Of a stretch of DNA of 64,000 bases, positions 47,101 to 62,100 are shown piece by piece. Position 1 is the first letter of the stretch; the number at the start of each line of letters is the position of its first letter. A program made the translations under genes and the position numbers. The stretch covers positions 56,918,001 to 56,982,000 of the forward strand of contig NW_024704742.1 in the NCBI RefSeq assembly GCF_018977255.1, read 5' to 3'. Source of the DNA: Callorhinchus milii (taxonomy: Eukaryota). Below the pieces are notes generated by a model. It was not told the origin of the DNA. It did no database searches and saw only the letters and a program-made list of their open reading frames with translations.

Positions 47101-50100
47101 AGGATGACTCAATGCATTACTTTTAATTAAGTGACTGTCTGTGACAATACACATACTGCAATATGTGACTTTCAATTTTAATCCAGTCTCTTTAATGAAT
47201 TCCTTTCTGAATTTCCACTTGAAAACGGACTCACACTGAATTAGGGAGAAACAGGGGAATTCAACATTTCATGCCCATGAGTTTTAATCCCTTTCACAAG
47301 GAATATTTAGAGCAGTTGCTCAACAGGACAAACATACTGTTGTTTCCCACCTTGACAATTTTTTCCAGTTCTCCCCATTCAATGGACCTCCAAGTCATGC
47401 AGGCTCCATGAAAAAGAGAAATCTACAGAGCAGAAGGAGGCCATTCAGCCCATCAAGTCTGCACTGGATCACAGAACAGGGTGATCAATTCAACCCCACT
47501 GCCCCAATTTATCCCCATATCTCTTCAAGCCCCTCTCTTTCATATGTCTGTCTATTTACCCCTTGAAAGCTACAATAGATTCCATCTTCATCATCTTAAT
47601 CAGCAGGGCATTCCACATCCTAACAACTATCAGGGTGAAAAAATTCTTCCTAAATTCTCCCTTCGCTTGTCTTATGGCTTTCTTCACTATATTCTCTTGG
47701 AGCACCGTTCACTCTCACTCTTAGAGACAGCAGGAATTCTCAAGGTGACTGGGAATTTGCCACACATGACGAAAAGCCAAAGGACAGATCTGGGTCAGCA
47801 GAGTGGAGGCAAAGCCAATAGAGGATGATTTAGAGAGAGAAACTAAAGGACACAGGATCTCATATTTGCTGAAGAACGATTTGGGAACTAAAAGCGTTTA
47901 TATGCTGAAATTAAATCTATTCAGTATCCAGTATTTGATTCTGAGTTTGGGAGCATCATCCTAGGTGGGGGAGGGTGGGTTTCGCCCACAAAATATAGTC
48001 AATTCACTTTAAAGTATATTGTGTGAAGCTCTTTCCAGAGACGCCTCAAAGACGTGATAAGATGCTAAATCATATGCAAGGATTATTATTATTAAAGAAG
48101 CTGTCAAATACTGATGCAATTACTAGGTGGTTATCAACCATATTATCCGGGATAAGAGTCCGATGGCTGTTTTGTGACTTCAATTGGTCCACTAGAGCCA
48201 AGCTCAGTGTCATGTTGTCAGTCGCAGCTTGTTGCCAAGTCTATCAGGTTCAGTGTGACAACATCATAGAGGGGGGAGAAACCTAATTCAATGTTAGACA
48301 CGGAGTACAATTGGCAACACAAAGGAAACAGCTCAACAAGGGCTCAGAGAAGTGACTGATGCAGTTTGGTGGAAGATTTTGATCTCAGAAGTGGAAGGTT
48401 TTTCTCTGGTGATGACAAGGCTCAACAACAAATACTCAGAGTGAGGATAAGTGCTTCCTACATAGCTTACCACATGGACTTAGTTTCTAGGCAATCATTC
48501 CCCTGAAATGTATGCAGTTCAACAGCAACAACAACAACTTGCATGTACAGGCGCTGTACAGTGCCAGGGTTGGACACTGAGCAAGGGAAGGTGACCATAG
48601 GTGCAGTCAAAGAGCTAAGTCTTAAAGTGGAATTTATTTAAAGATAAAAAGGGGGCGAGGCAGAGGAATTGAAGCAGGGAGTTCCAGAGGTTACGGGTAT
48701 GGTGGCTGAAAACATGGCCATCATAATTAGGAGGACATGCAACAAGCCTGTACCAGCTGAGCGAAGGGCAGGCAGCGGAGTGAAGTATGAGAAGCAATTC
48801 ACCTACTTCAGTGAAATATTGTGTCAGTCCAGTCAGCTACTGCAATTTCCAGTGTGAGCATCTCGTGAACTGAGGCTTCTGGGTTATAGAGCAGACAGTA
48901 TACTAACCTTTTAGGCTCCCCTAAAGGCACGTTCTAACATAATCATTAATTGCAATGGGAATATTCTGTTCAAATGAGGGTAAAAGGTTTAAAAGCCAGA
49001 AAATGTGCAGCATTGAGAATGCTCTCAAGCACTTACTTGTTAATCGTTCTTCCAAATGTAACTTGAACTAGAGCAATGAGCGTCTTCCTAACCCACTTGA
49101 ACACTGGAAAACACAAGGAGGACAATAATGATTTGGTAACATTTACATATTCTATGCACAATTTGATTCCACAATTGTATATGGCAACCATCAACTGGGC
49201 GCTTTGTAAATCTCTTCCATCTATTTAAACTGAGCCTTCTCCTTTATCTCCACTGTTGCTCACTATTTCCACTCGGAGAAGGTGGAACTCACTTCAACAG
49301 GCTTTCCAGTAGAGGTGCTTTGGGTCCAATACCCTCTTTATGCTGTAATTTCTGAAATTCTATGATGAAGTTTTGCCAAAGTCCCTCAATAAAGAGCCAC
49401 TAGGAAGAAAATGAGAGCACAGCACTGGTAAAATATCATCTAGTTCATTCTCCCTGTGCTTTGGATTCTGTCCTGCAAAGTAAATGGGGCAGGATCCTAA
49501 TATAAGCTGCCACTCTTCTACTTTAAAACCAGATACTAAAATGCACCAAAACAGTAGAAGGCAACATAGGTTTAGAGATGTAAAGGGCAATTTCAGGACA
49601 GTTACAAGGAAGCTTTCCTTTACCTAGGGAATTAACCACTGGAATAGGTGGCCAGGAAAGGTAGTAGAGGCCAGGACATGGACATTGGACACATTTAAAA
49701 AGCAGTTTGATTCTGTGATGGGAAGACATTAGAGGGTGGGTATTCGGCAGGATGAGACAAAACAGGTTGAAGAGCCATCTTCATCTAAATTAATGTTGTG
49801 ATCTTGTATCCTACAATATAAGTAGTCAATCAGGCTGGTCCTGTCACAAAGATCAGGTAGGAATAAGAAATTCTCCATAAGCCTGAAACTATTTTCTGTA
49901 ACACTGGGATGCTGTTCGAGTCACTCGCATTTCTGATATTTATAGATTCATTTAGGCTGCTTTAAACTAATTACAAATATAAACTGTGCATTATCACTTT
50001 GATGACAGGACACACTCACTTAAGGACCAAGTTCAAGCGGTGTCAATCTCTGCAGCTGCAGCTCAAGCACTGGTTTTATCCCTACTTTGCTCAGTCTCAC

Positions 50101-53100
50101 TATAGAAATATTTATCTGCATACAAGAAATCAAATTGGTTCATGGTTGCAGTACGTGCTGAATTATATCCCAACATGAATTGTGTGTCTCCTGCAGGTGT
50201 TAAGTATGTATGTGTTATTGGACTGCTCGAAAGATAAAATGCAATTGAAGACTGTCTTCTGGCAGAGGAGTATCCATCAGCACACAAGACATGCAACACA
50301 CAGGAGCAGACTGGGTTACACAGTCAAACGTGGCATGCAGATAGGCACAGTGTGTAAAAAATACACACAAACAGGCAATGCACATAGTAATACATAGTCA
50401 GGCAATACATAGAGTAAGTGTGTGCAGACAAACAGGAAATATGCAAATAAAGGCTATCAGGATAGCAAGAAGTGCAGAGAGACAGACAGGCATGGTTTGT
50501 AGACTGGTATAGTGTAGGTATTTTGCTTTAAGAAAAACTAAAAGGCCTAATCATTTTTTCAAAAATGCAAAATCCATATGAATTGATACTGTGGCAGGAT
50601 TATAAATTAGAATTTAAACAGATCATCCCAGTATAGTAATTCTGCTCCATTCTAAACATCTTTCAATGGGAACCTGTAATATGATTTCCTGCCATAAACA
50701 CAAGTGAAACAATTTTCCATACATCATGAAGCAGATTGAGCTGCAGCCATGAGCCTAGCACGTTACATAACATTATAACTAATTGAGGTTTAAATCAAAG
50801 TTATCGGTTGTGCTTGTTTTTGGTAATTCTCTCCTGGGTGGATGTGAGTTCAAACTGAAATTGTAGAATATAGATAGGGAATATAACCTTATAATTTTAT
50901 GCATTGTCTCTGCCCTTCCATTTTACTCATTTGATCATTTGTCCCAATACACTTGGTTCTGTGGAATTTCCCTCTGTTCCACAACTAACCAACACAAGGT
51001 ATAACCACACAACTAGATTGTTCCACTCTCTCGCTTACATACTAGAAAACCTCTACCAGCCTTCTGAATGCTAAGTACCTGCTGTTAATTACCCTTTCTG
51101 TAAAGCAATACTTCATCCTGAAATTACTCTTCACAACTTTGAGCCCATGCCCTCTTGCCATGTTATTCTTTCAGAGTCTCTGAAAGTAAGAGAAGGGAGT
51201 TTCTCATGGTGTCCTGACCAACAATCCTCCAAATAAATTGGTCATTCACTTCATGGTTGGTTGTGGGACACTGTTGTGTACAAGTTGGCTGGCACCCTTT
51301 GCCTACAAAGTACACTTGCACTACACTTGACAGCAATTACCTGTGATGCCCTTTGAGATATTTTGAATGTTGTAGGTTCTATATGAAATGCAACAAATAC
51401 TGTTATGGTTTACTTTTCCAATCCCATTTAGCTGCTTATATGCCTTAAAGATTAAAACCTGTTCATTAGCTTTGAATACAGGAGCTCATACATTAACCTT
51501 CTACACAGTGTCAGCAAAAGGGCAGTGCTTACAATTACACTCCTCAGCCCAGTGCCTCAGCCACCTGCAGTACTGGGGCAACACATAATGATGGCTGCAG
51601 GAGCGTGACAAGCATCACATTTATAATCTGCTCCTTTCTACATTTAATCAGTTAATCTTTTTAGTCAGAAAAGCACAAAAGGCTTTTACTGAAAGGCTTT
51701 TCTGGGCTGGAAAGATCAGTGCACTCTCAAGGGGAACACAGAGTGCCATATCATTTTTTTTAAAGTGCTAGTAGAGGTCTCTATCGCTGTCTTCTAATTG
51801 TTCATCTGAACCATAATGGTGCTTAGGAGCAATAATGGTTAAAGTTTAATTTCCCACTAGAGGTATCCATGACCTTAAAATAAACATTATACACACAGCA
51901 ATAATAATGGTTCAGTCATTTACAGGGGGTTATTCTGCTTTATTATACATTTCCTGTCCTTGGAGGTGTGTGATTATAATGAGACTTTCCAGCACACACA
52001 AGCGTAGTACACTTCTAGATAAGCAGAACATGGCCCTTTTAAGTTAAGAGATTCTACGAGTGTTAGTGTAATGAATTCAGGGCTTTAACAAAGTTTGGCT
52101 CACCTCAGTGAGACATTTTTTCTAAACAGCTTTCATGATCAACAACAAACCAATTGCAAATGCATCAAATCTTCTGTCGCAACATTTTCTGCCCTTTCTT
52201 TCCTCTTTCTGGATGAAAAATAGAAATAGTTCTGATGCATCTAAAACACAGGAACAAATAGTAATCGCAAACTAAATCCACTTACTTCCTCTCAGCTCAA
52301 AGATCTCTCCGATGAGCATGAAGCAAGGCTCGGCGAGAGAGTCTTTTTTGCAGTCGGGCTCGTCCCCATAATCAGACAAGTCACTGTCGTCCTCTGTATC
52401 CTCCTGAATCAATGATCGAGAAACAAACATTAGACACATTTTAAAAAGCCAATGCTGCACAAAAATAGACTACGGAAATAAGCTTCTTACCATAAGGAAC
52501 TACCTGTTAATGTACACGTAGGCAGAACAGAGAAAATGTATCCTTGTAATTTATATCATAATAATAATAAAATTATTAAAATAGAATTTTGCTTTGATGT
52601 TGTTATGTCTACTCTAATGTTGAGCTTATGACAGGATGTGACTGATCTCTCCTGCACTAATGTGGGAAGGAATCAAATGGTAGCTGTAAGGAAGAGAGAT
52701 TTTAAAGGAAGACTACCTGGCCTCTGGCTTATGATTGGGGCCTGGGAAAAGACTGTGACCAGAATGGCATCAAAGTTCATTAGGTTATGGTTAGAAAGTG
52801 ATTTTTTACAGACAATTTCTGCATTCAGTGATAATCTATGAAATGCAAGGTTATCAGCAGCCAACACACCATAAACAGAATTTATTGTTAAATGTACATT
52901 TTCCTCTAGGTGTGTAGAGGAACACTGTAAACCAAGTACAGTATTCCATTAATTACAGCTAAGACCACCCTTCCTGGTTAAAGTCACAACAATACTCAGG
53001 AAATGACCACTGAAATAAATTACATTCCTTAGCCTCTTTGTACATTGACACAGGTTTAATAACAATATTAGGAGAAGGCTAAAAGCCTCTACAATATGTG

Positions 53101-56100
53101 CCGTGTCCCAAATACAGAGTCTGCTAATGGTTGAGGGGGAAGAGGCCCTGTACAACAATTGGCCATAAAGAGAAGGCTGCTGGTTCAAATCCCAGTCTTT
53201 GCTATATTAGCTGTTCTCTGACCTCAACAACAACAACAAATTACATTTGTATAGCGCCTTTCACATCAAGACGTCCCAAGGCACTGGACAGTCAGGGATC
53301 TGCACTAACTATGCCCATAAAATACACACGGTCACACTACTTTACAATATATCCTGTGAAGCATTTTGAGATGAGATGTCTTGACAATGTGATAAGACCC
53401 TATGTCAAATTGTAATAAAGAGAGGAATGTGTGTGTGAGGCACTTATCTGCAACTTAGAAAAACAGAAAGATAGTACCAGATATTAGACAAAGCTATCAA
53501 GAACTAAGACATAATCCATTGTGGACCTAACAATAGAAGAAGTAATGTATAACGAGATAAGGGCAGAACCTTACAAAATGGGAAAAATACAAAAATACAA
53601 ATACAAAATTTCTGATGATCCCACACATCAGGTCAAGCTAGTACCATCCATCCTTGGGTGATTGAAGACTACGGTCACGGGTGTAAAGAGTGCAAAATCA
53701 GCACTCCAGATTGGGGATAAAGACCCAGACTTGAGACAAAGGACAGCAATGACTGTACAGAAGGAAGGCCTTTCTCTAACAGAAGCAATCCCAGGCTAGA
53801 GTCACGGGTAATATGGTTTTGGTTGCTGCGTTTGCTGAAGCTGTTTGCTAATATGATAATATAATATCAATATTAATGCAGGGAATGTAACTTTGTGTGC
53901 TTGAATAAATCTTACGAAAGGTTGATGATCTTGTGTGTTTAAATCCTTATTGAGTAAACCGGGACAGTCCTGAATTCCTACAAAATGGAATGATTATTTT
54001 ATTATGAAAATAATGTAAAGGTTAATTCTGATTTGAGAAAGGCAGATTGCTCTCTAGGGCAGACTAGTAACCACCTTTATGGGATAATTGATGATAGAAT
54101 CATTTGGCCACCAATTTGACCCACCAGATAATTTTATTTTGCATTTCTGGGGTTAAACAGGCCATTGCCACAGGCCATTGCTGCAGTCATTTAAAAACAG
54201 TAAAAGCCTATTATTGCAGCCTGTCTCTGGGTAGTGAAATCAGGTGGAACATGCACATAACATTCTCCATATGACAAAAGTTACGTCCACGCAGCACAGA
54301 TGTTTTAAACACTGCGCCAAAGCACCAAAGCACCTTCAAATAAAAAGGGTTCTTCAAAGCAATTTCAATAATAATGTAACTAAAGGTTAAACAACAAAGC
54401 TCAGCTAGTAGCGAATATACCCAAACCCTTAAATTATACACATCACAATCATAACATTGTACCATCACAGCAAAATAGAGAGCAAGACGACAATGAGCTA
54501 AATGTGTGGCTTTATCACTAGTTCCTGCCCTAGCCCAACCTTTATAACATTATATGCTGGCAGCATACTTCTTATTGATCATTATGTCAGTCACACTGAA
54601 ATATATAATGCGTAATTCCCAGACTGAATCATTAGCACTGAGCTCTGCTGCTTTCACTGAACTATATTAAATGTGCTTTGTGCTGGAGGAAAATAAATAA
54701 AAATATTGATGTGGCCAAGTTCCCCAGTGAAATAGGTTTGTTTTTATCAAAACAGCACTGCCTACATATAAAAAGAGCATCAGCAAACTGGTTTATTGTT
54801 CAGGGGGGATGAGAGAGAGAGAGAGAGAGAGAGAGGAAGAGGCTGAGAGGGAGGGGGAGAGGGAGGTAAGCCACCTCATAGCAACATTACTGTAGCAACA
54901 CACTGAGATACTCAGACATCATAAGATCACTGTAGCTCAGTTGTTAAGAGCCCTGTAGCTCAGTGGTTAGAGCACTCGCCTTGCAAGGAGGAGACCTGGG
55001 CTTGATTCCCGGCAGGGAGAAACCTTAGGCAAGTTTCCTTACAACAACAACAACTTGGATTTATATAGCTCCCTTCACGACGGACGGCGTCTCAGAGCGC
55101 TTCACAATAACGGATCCCAGGGCCGAGCCAGGGGAAGGGGGAAGAAGGTGACCAAAGGCGTGGTCAAAAAGAAAGGTCTTTAGGTCCACATGTCTATGTT
55201 TACCTAGTAAGTAGGAACACTGCTATGCACAATTGGCTTGCGCGTTTCACCCACAAAAAATACAGTCAATTCACTTTACAGTATATTCTGTGAAGCACTT
55301 TGAGACGTCTCAAAGACGTGATAAGGCATTATATCAATTGCAAGGAATATTATTATTATTTCTATTATCACAGGATTGGTTCTGATGAAAAAAGGACTTA
55401 TCCTTCTGGAATACATACCCTACCATCGCAGCGCAAAGCTGTTTCATAAATCAGTCCACTGTCCTGGCCTCAACCACCCTTCCTGGTAACTTGTTCAGTT
55501 TGTTAATTACCAGGTGGATAAAGAAAAACTTTCTGGTGGCTGTGCTGAAATTGCCCTTCGTAATCCTGAACTCTCCTGTTCTGCTGCCTTGGGATAACTG
55601 AAAATATTCTTCTGGATGTACTTTCTCAATTCCATTTACAATCTTATATAACTCTGTAAGATCCAATCTGAGCCATCCCTTTTCAAGGCTGAAGAGCCCT
55701 AACCTGTCTAATCAACGTTCATAGCTAATCCTCTACTGGGGTTCATCCTCATTGTTCTACTCTGCACTATTTCTATCGCCTCATGTGATTCATGTGTGAC
55801 CACCTTGTGCATTTGCAAACAATACATTTTTCATGAAGGCAGTATCTCATTAAAGACTTCATTCGTTCAGTGCTGCTGGGGCTGCCTGGTTGCTTGCTTA
55901 ATATAATATGATCTGAGTATTAGTATACTTCACAACTGTTTGCAATAGTGATTCCATCTCTCCTGGAACCAAAGACACAGAAAACAAAAGGCCCTCAAAA
56001 AACTTCTAGTCATTTTTCATTGCAGGTTAACAGGCTGCCCTCACTGGCCAGCCTATGGCCTGATCCCGACATCACAGAAACTGCAACTTATCCAATGCAA

Positions 56101-59100
56101 ACCCTTCTCAGGCCGTGCAGACATCGGAATGTGCGCACCTCTTGATGAGAGAAGAAATCTCCAGGGAGCCTTTCTAAAAAGGAAGAGAGCGAGAATGTTG
56201 ACTTCTTCCCCTGTACATCAACAACTTTCAGGTATTCTGGGGAGGGGCTCAGGAAAGCGTAGAGAGCCTCACTTTGACAGAGTCTCTCGTCGGTCAGGAG
56301 TTTCTGGAAAAAAAGTACAAATGACATCAATGTCAAAGCTTGAAGTGCATCCTCATCTACATTTCATCCTGGGTCAAGTTCACAGTCTGTAAATACTACA
56401 TCATACTCAAAACAGCTAAGGGATAGAAATCGTTTCCTGGACTTGAAGAAATAATAGGCACCCATTTTCTAAACTTTCAGGAGGAGTTTTCATCTCACCA
56501 AATAACATTTGAAATGTCCAAAAACATAGCCCTTTGCTTTGATGCTGTAGTTATGATTTGACTATTCAGACATTGGGAAATGTTCCTGTGCAAATACTCA
56601 GGCTTTTATGGAACTCTCAGTCTTGCTTGGATACTCTTAAGCACGACCCTGGGTTTCAGCATGTGCAGAACTCAGCTGACCAAAAAACATTATGAATAGC
56701 CCTATGTTTTAGGTCTTAGCAGTTGTCTTGTAGCGAACACTAATACTCAGACATCAGTGGAGCATTAACCCATGAGATAAAAATGCTCTTAAAATTTAAA
56801 TTTGCAAATATTTGTGGAAAATTCCTAAATCCAGTCTGGAAGCAGGTTTTCTCCAGCTCTTGAAAGAACTAGTTTCCAAGTTTCCGAATTAAGACTAAAT
56901 TGAAGAATTTACCAAAATTGTACTGATTTTTTGAAACCGATCAGTTGACTTTGATTTCATTCTCACCAGAGAAGGAGTCTGGGCAGACAGATTAGACATT
57001 AATACAAACTATACCTGGAAGTTGAAATGCAGTGATTCACTGAGCTACACAATATCGAGGGATTGCTTTTTTAATGTCGTCAGATCTGCTCATGCCAAAA
57101 AACTAGCACCAGATTTCATAAGGCCTAAGACAGTCCTGCACAGCCATCTAGAATGGGGGTTGAGTTTATCAGCTCCCAATGCACTGAAACGCAGGCAGTA
57201 TAACTAGGAACATAGGCAAAAAGGAACAGGAGGAGATCATTCAGCCTGTTCCAACAGTTTATTAGATCTCAGTAGATCTTTTAATCCCAATGTCCTGTCT
57301 TTTTGTCACAGCTCTTAATACTTCTGACATCCAGTATTACTGTGTGTGCCATTTGCTCCTTACCTGGAGAAAATTATTCAGCTGATTTTTGGACTTGTCC
57401 AGGAATTTCTGGTCAATGGATTTAAAGGGTAGTTTACTGATAGAAGGCAACTGAACCTTCTTTAATGTCGGGAAACACTGCAAAACACAACATTAAATAC
57501 AAACTGGTATGAGAACACAGCATTGTGAAAATGGGAAACGATTATTCCGGATTCTGTTCTGATCACGTTAAGAGGGATTTGCTACCCTCTCTGTAGAAGC
57601 AGCTCCACTGCCCTCACTAATGGAGAAGACTCAAAAACAAAATCCAGTCTAATGTTAGAACCCTTTTTGAGGCTCATCACAAAGGGATTGGGACTTCATC
57701 ACGATTGACAATAAAAACACATTAATGGAGCCTTAGCCTTGCTGGCCTCTAATGACTTGCTGCCACTGCACCAGAATTTATTCATCGCATTTTACACTGA
57801 ATTGGAGTCCTCCCAGCCCACTGCTGAAAGTCTCATTACAAAGCATTTCTCTAGAGAAATGGCAGGATTTAACACAGGCTTCAGCATTACTCTACACTGC
57901 TTCCATTGTGCAAAAAAACGTAGCTACGTTTGTAACTTGGTTCTTTAACAAAGCCAATTATGTAATTACCATTAAGCACTGGAGACATCCAGAGTGAATG
58001 TAGGTCAGCTCCTTTGCAACAGGCTTGAGTGAATTATTAAGCAGCTAAGGCACTGTACTTCACAATTTGAAAACCAATACATATATTGCCCATGGTAATA
58101 AGTGTTAATGGATGGATGTGAGGAGACAGTAGATGTATTAACAATTTTCTGGAGCATTCCTGAAGACACACAGGAATTATCTTGGAAACGCTAATGATTG
58201 CATTTGATGTAGTAGTTTATCATGTCGGACTGACGTCTCAATCTGCTTCACGGGATTTTACAGTAAAATGTAGTGATGGATTTGTAGACAAAAACAGCAG
58301 CCAATTTGCACACAAATAGCCATGAAGAGGTTGGTCAATTTTATCTGTATGCAAAGCAAGTCTTAACGTGGACATTAAAAGTGGGTCAAGGCAGTGGTAC
58401 TCTAGGATTGAGTTCCACAGAGCTGGTGGGCAGGAATGGCAATTTTGTCCAATATTATAATATGATCCATAGGAAAGATTTAATGCCAACATATGAACAA
58501 CAAGTGCCAGTTCTTGATCGCATTCACCAGTTTCACTCACTGGCATTTCTCAGCTTCCTTCGGACCAACTTAAGAAATTCAGCTTCCTACGGTTGCAAGA
58601 ATGAGGATATCACAGGGAGAGGTAAGTGCAGGCAAGTGGTTGGGATCTTTTAATTGCCAATAACTGCAGAGCTGCAGAGTATAGTGGCGAAAACTAGCCT
58701 GACTCAAAGAATTAGGTGATGTGTAAAACTGCCAGATATGAAAAAATAAAGGTGGTTGGAAAGAAGAGCTACATTACTGCCCAATTTACACACATACGCA
58801 CGCATACTATATACCACAGCCAGGCACTTGTATTGAATGCAGTCAAGAAGTTTAGAATATGAAAAGTGGAATTGATATTTATGATTCAATTTATGAAAGT
58901 TACATAACTACAACAATAACAGCAATAATTTGTATTAAATTGTCCCTTCACTCGGCTGGCATCTTGGAGTGCTTAACTGCTGTGTGGCTGGGCGCCAAAT
59001 TAGAAATAGGGGAAAGTCACATTTGAAGAGGAAAGTCTTCAGATGTGATTTGAAGATGGGCAAAGAGGGGGTATTACTGAGAGATTGAGGCAGGGAGTTC

Positions 59101-62100
59101 CAGAGATTCGGGGCATAGAAAGCATGGCTGCCAATAGTGGAGCAGAGGGGACGAGAGACACACAGAAGACCTAAGCCAGCTGAGAGAAGGTGGTAAGTAT
59201 TGTAGTGGGGCATAAGCAGATTGGAGAGGTAGGGAGATGCCAGGGTTTGTCGAGATTTGAAAGTAAGAGTGTGGTTGTTGAAATTAATGGGGGTGCAGAG
59301 CCTGGTGTGAGTGAGGACATGGGTGGCAGAGTTTTGAAGCATTTGAACCTTGTTAATAGTTATACAAAACCTACAACTATCTGGAGATTTGGAAATTCAA
59401 TGGTATTTCAAGTATTTTTTTTAGTAAGATTGCAAAAGTGGGCAGGCGAAAGCAAGGGAGGTTGGTACTAATACGTCAAGAAATCAGAGCAGTTGGAGTA
59501 CCTCACAGAGTTTCCTGTGGAGATTCTGGAACTCGCTGAGCTTTCGGGATACTGTCCAGCCATTGTTTTCAGGATCGGATGGACTCATCTGCACCACAAG
59601 CCAGTAGCAGGGCATTTGCTCCCCATTCTCTTCCACAACCTGCCAACAAAAGAGTAAGAATATGGCTGACTCTATGCAACATCAACAAATTACATTTAAA
59701 TATCGTCTTTCACATCAGGAGAACGTCCCAAGGCCTGGACAATCGGGATTTGGACCTAAGCTGGGGCTTGAGATCAGGAGGGGTGGAGGGCAGAGAGGGT
59801 AGAGTAAGAGGTTAACTGAGGGCGTGGTCAAAGAGGAGGGTCTTGAGACATGCCTTGAAGGAAGCAAGGGAGGAATCAATGTGAAGGGACTGTGGGTTGG
59901 AGTTCCAAAGGATGGGGGCAGAGAGGCTGAAGGACTGTGACTGCAGCCTGCTGAGCAGAGGGAGTGGACAGTTTGATATGGCATTAGCAGGTCATAGAGG
60001 TTGGAAGGAGCAAGACCATGGAGGGCTTTGAAGGCGAGGATTTTGAACTCTATCTTCTGTGGGAAGAGGAGCCAATGGAGCCGGGCTAGGGTGAGGGTGA
60101 TAGGGTCACGGAGCCTGTTGCGGGAGAGGACATGATCTGCAGCTAGTGAAGGGAGGAGTTGGGAAGGCCAATAAGCAGGGAGGTAGCGTAGTCGAGCCTA
60201 AATGTAATAAATGCATGGATGAGGGTCTCAGGGGGCTGAGGCAGTGGCGGAGCCAGGCAATGTTGCGGATGTGGGGGAAGGCAGAGCAGGTTATGGCATG
60301 GATGTGGGGTTTAAAAGACAGGTGAGAGTCGAACATGACACTAACATTTGGGAAACTCTGAGTTGTAAATCAACACCAACCATAATAACTTCAATATATA
60401 TAGTTCTCTTCATGCAGGTTTTATCTCAGAGTGCTTAACAGTAGTAGAGCTCAATGCTAAGCTGGGGAGAAAGGGGAGGTGATCGTAGGCATAGTCTTCA
60501 GATAAAATCTGAAAATGGGCAAGGATTGGGCAAGGCAGAGGGATTGAGGCAGAGAGCTCTAAAGTTTCAACAGCTTGGATTTATATTGCGCTCTCCATGC
60601 AGGATGACGTCTCAGAGCACTCAGGGCATGGTGGCTGATGGTGCAGCAGAGTGGATGTGCAATTTCCCCAGGAAAATCCTTTCTTTACTATGGAAAATAA
60701 ATTACTGCATTACTTTTGTGTATTAAGACATTAACTCAGTTAATGAAGCCAGTGACAATAACTGCACTAAGATATCCAGACAAGGAAGGTCCCAGGTTTG
60801 ATCATAACTGTTAGGCCCATCAAGTCTGCACTGCTGATAGCTTATCCACAGGAAATAATTACAGTGGAAGCCGGTTAGTCCAGACACATCGGGGACAGAT
60901 ATTTTGTCCGATTTTGGACGGGAAGGGATCAATTAGCGGCGACAATGAGGTGACTGACGGCCCGCAGCCACTTGTGAATGGCTGAGCTCCAGCCACTCAC
61001 AAACTGCTCAGCTGTCAATCAATCGCAATTTTCCTCTCTTGTTCTTCCCTGTTCCTCCGCCAACCCCCTCCCCACACACACTGATTGACAGTCCAACTCC
61101 AGCCGCTTCTGAATTTGCCTCCTCGTATCTACATCAGCGAGCCCCTCGTGGCTGAATGCAGCCACTGGACACACAGATGGCCCCAGTGCATACATTCAGT
61201 GGTGACCAGCAAGGCATTTTGCCCGGAGTAACTAGATTTTCATCTGAATTAGCAGCCATATTTAAAACAGGTAAGAATACAAATGAATTGGGGCCAGACA
61301 TTTTGTTTGTTTTACCCGACGTTCATGATTAATCAGCATCCAGCATAAACAGATTCCACTGTATTCTCATGTTAGTTTCCTTGCCCTTTAACTGACAGAG
61401 GCTATGGTTGAAACAGAAAGCATCAACAGTTTCAAGAGAAAACTTGAATGAGTACATGAAGGATAAGGGAACAGAGAGATATGGGAGTGGGATAGGAAGA
61501 GGGGATTCATATGGAGTATAAATACTGACATGGATTAGTTAGTCCAAATTGTCATTACCCTAATGTATAGTCCATGTAACTCCATACAAATCTTCTGTCC
61601 CTTTATTTTACTTTTATAATAATAATATTATTATTTATTTTACTTGATTCTTCATTTGAAGGTTCAGACCTCAACAAGCCGAGTTAGCTGATCTCAGCCC
61701 GACAAGAAATGGTCCACTACAATTGGCCTTAATGCCCCGAGCGGATGGGAGAAGGGGGGGGGAAGGTAAAGGAAGAAAATTCAGTCAGGATTCCCTCTCA
61801 TGAATTGCTAGTCCAATAAATCGTCCTAGAAAGGGCAGTTGAATGGCTCAGATATGATCCGCCCCAAGGTTACATAACCTGCAGACACATGTTGGGGTCC
61901 AGATCCAAACAAAGAATAAACAAAATAAAGAGATAGGGGAAAGGCCAAGGAACTGGCCTGAGAGTAGTTAGCTCCAATGGAGGAGCCAGCACCGGCATGG
62001 ACGTGATGGGCCGCATTTCCAAGATTCAACCTGTGAGAAATACGTGTCTCACACTGTGTTTGAAGACTAAGACTAACTTTGAGCATCAGAAGGCATTAAT

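Noticed and set aside
61670..61830. Named ancient conserved SINE (LF-SINE/AmnSINE2-like)
   Set aside because: Looks like an old SINE fragment (gagttagctgatctcagc..ctacaattggcct), but I cannot assign the family without a library search.
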